A stretch of 64,000 bases of DNA. Source: Blasia pusilla (taxonomy: Eukaryota). The number at the start of each line of letters is the position of its first letter. The first letter of the stretch is position 1. This document shows positions 62,964 through 64,000 of the stretch, piece after piece. The stretch spans positions 33,542,001 to 33,606,000 of the forward strand of contig CM114271.1 in the NCBI GenBank assembly GCA_050084515.1, given 5' to 3'. A program made the translations under genes and the position numbers. The notes under the pieces are model-generated. The model worked only from the letters and a program-made list of their open reading frames with translations. It was not told where the DNA came from and did not search any database.

Positions 62964-64000
62964 GTTACGGATGTTCCAAGTTGTTTATGTTTTATCCGGG
63001 TCGCCTAAAAGCGCCGGGAATCACCGCGACGAACCAGAGCATTTTACGAAGCAAGGAAAGGAATTACGAAGCGGAATCGCCTAAAAGCGGACGGAGCGGA
63101 ACATTCGAAAAATTTGAAAGCGAGCGGAACTCGCTCCTCCTCCTCCGTCGTGAAAAGGAACGAAAGAGGCGAGATTAATGGCACGAGCTACTTAAAGTCC
63201 GTCCGTTTAAAGCGGACTCCCTCTGCACTCGCGATTCACAAGTTGACCGGTATCGTGCTCAAAGAGACGAAGCGGATTCCTCAGAAAAGAAGAACGGAAC
63301 GGAACGGAAAGGAAAAGAAAAGGAGGAGGAGGAATCGATGACACGGAAACACGGCTTTTCATGGAGCCGCGCCTCAATAATAATATGTCGAGGGTACAAG
63401 TGCGGATCCCCGTATCAACTTGCATAATATCTTGACGTCCAACGACCGTCTAAGAAAGAGCGACCTATTTCAACGACCGTCTCAGAAAGAGAAGAACGAA
63501 CGATCGGAACCTGCGCATCCGTCCATCCATCCGTCGGACGTACGGAACCTGTAGCGTTTTATTCTCGTCGGTCAGTTTTTGGTTCCCGTCTCTCGAGTCG
63601 AGGGGGAATAGTATACCAAAAGTACAATATTCGATGCTTCCAATGCGATGGCATCTTCTCGCGATTACTTTTTCATTTTTTTTATTTTTAATTGAGATCT
63701 CATGTGGACGGTCGCGATCAAACGCCTCCAACAATTTCTATCATGTTTTAAATGAAAAGTCAGAGGAAAGGAAGGTTTTTATTTTTATTTTTTATCTCTA
63801 CTTTTTAAAGTTACTCATTATACAATACCGCCCTCGTCGAAGTACTTTTGTAACAGTACACTTCACGGAGATATATTATTTAATATCTTATGATTCTTTG
63901 TCAATTTATTCAAATGTTATATATATATATATATATGAATATTTTCCAATTTATCGTGTTTCATGCGTTTAAACAAATTGTTCGACTTTAGAATTTCTTT

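Overview
Eukaryotic plant nuclear DNA; a non-seed land plant such as a liverwort or other bryophyte is likely, but this is an inference. One intact protein-coding gene can be fully reconstructed: a euANT-lineage AINTEGUMENTA/PLETHORA-like double-AP2 transcription factor on the + strand (47469-53606, 9 coding exons including the 9-nt 'VYL' microexon, 810 aa), with a candidate extra 30-nt in-frame microexon. It sits in a CpG-rich domain of about 17 kb (42.8-60 kb). Positions 1-42.7 kb are mostly AT-rich, CpG-depleted transposon debris: two related decayed gag-protease LTR retrotransposons (- strand), a hAT-type MITE family with 8-bp TSDs (including a nested pair), Helitron 3' ends, a probable solo LTR, a remnant of an RLE/CRE-like non-LTR element, a 433-bp tandem duplication and a near-perfect 63-bp-arm hairpin. 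Two CpG-retaining non-coding islands (14.2-18.7 kb and 34.4-34.7 kb) interrupt the debris. The most interesting leads are a conserved in-frame ACG at the start of gag in both LTR elements (possible non-AUG initiation), the candidate microexon, the hairpin, and motif clusters (TGTCGG upstream, CTAAT downstream) around the ANT gene. No tRNA, rRNA, CRISPR array or known miRNA was recognised.
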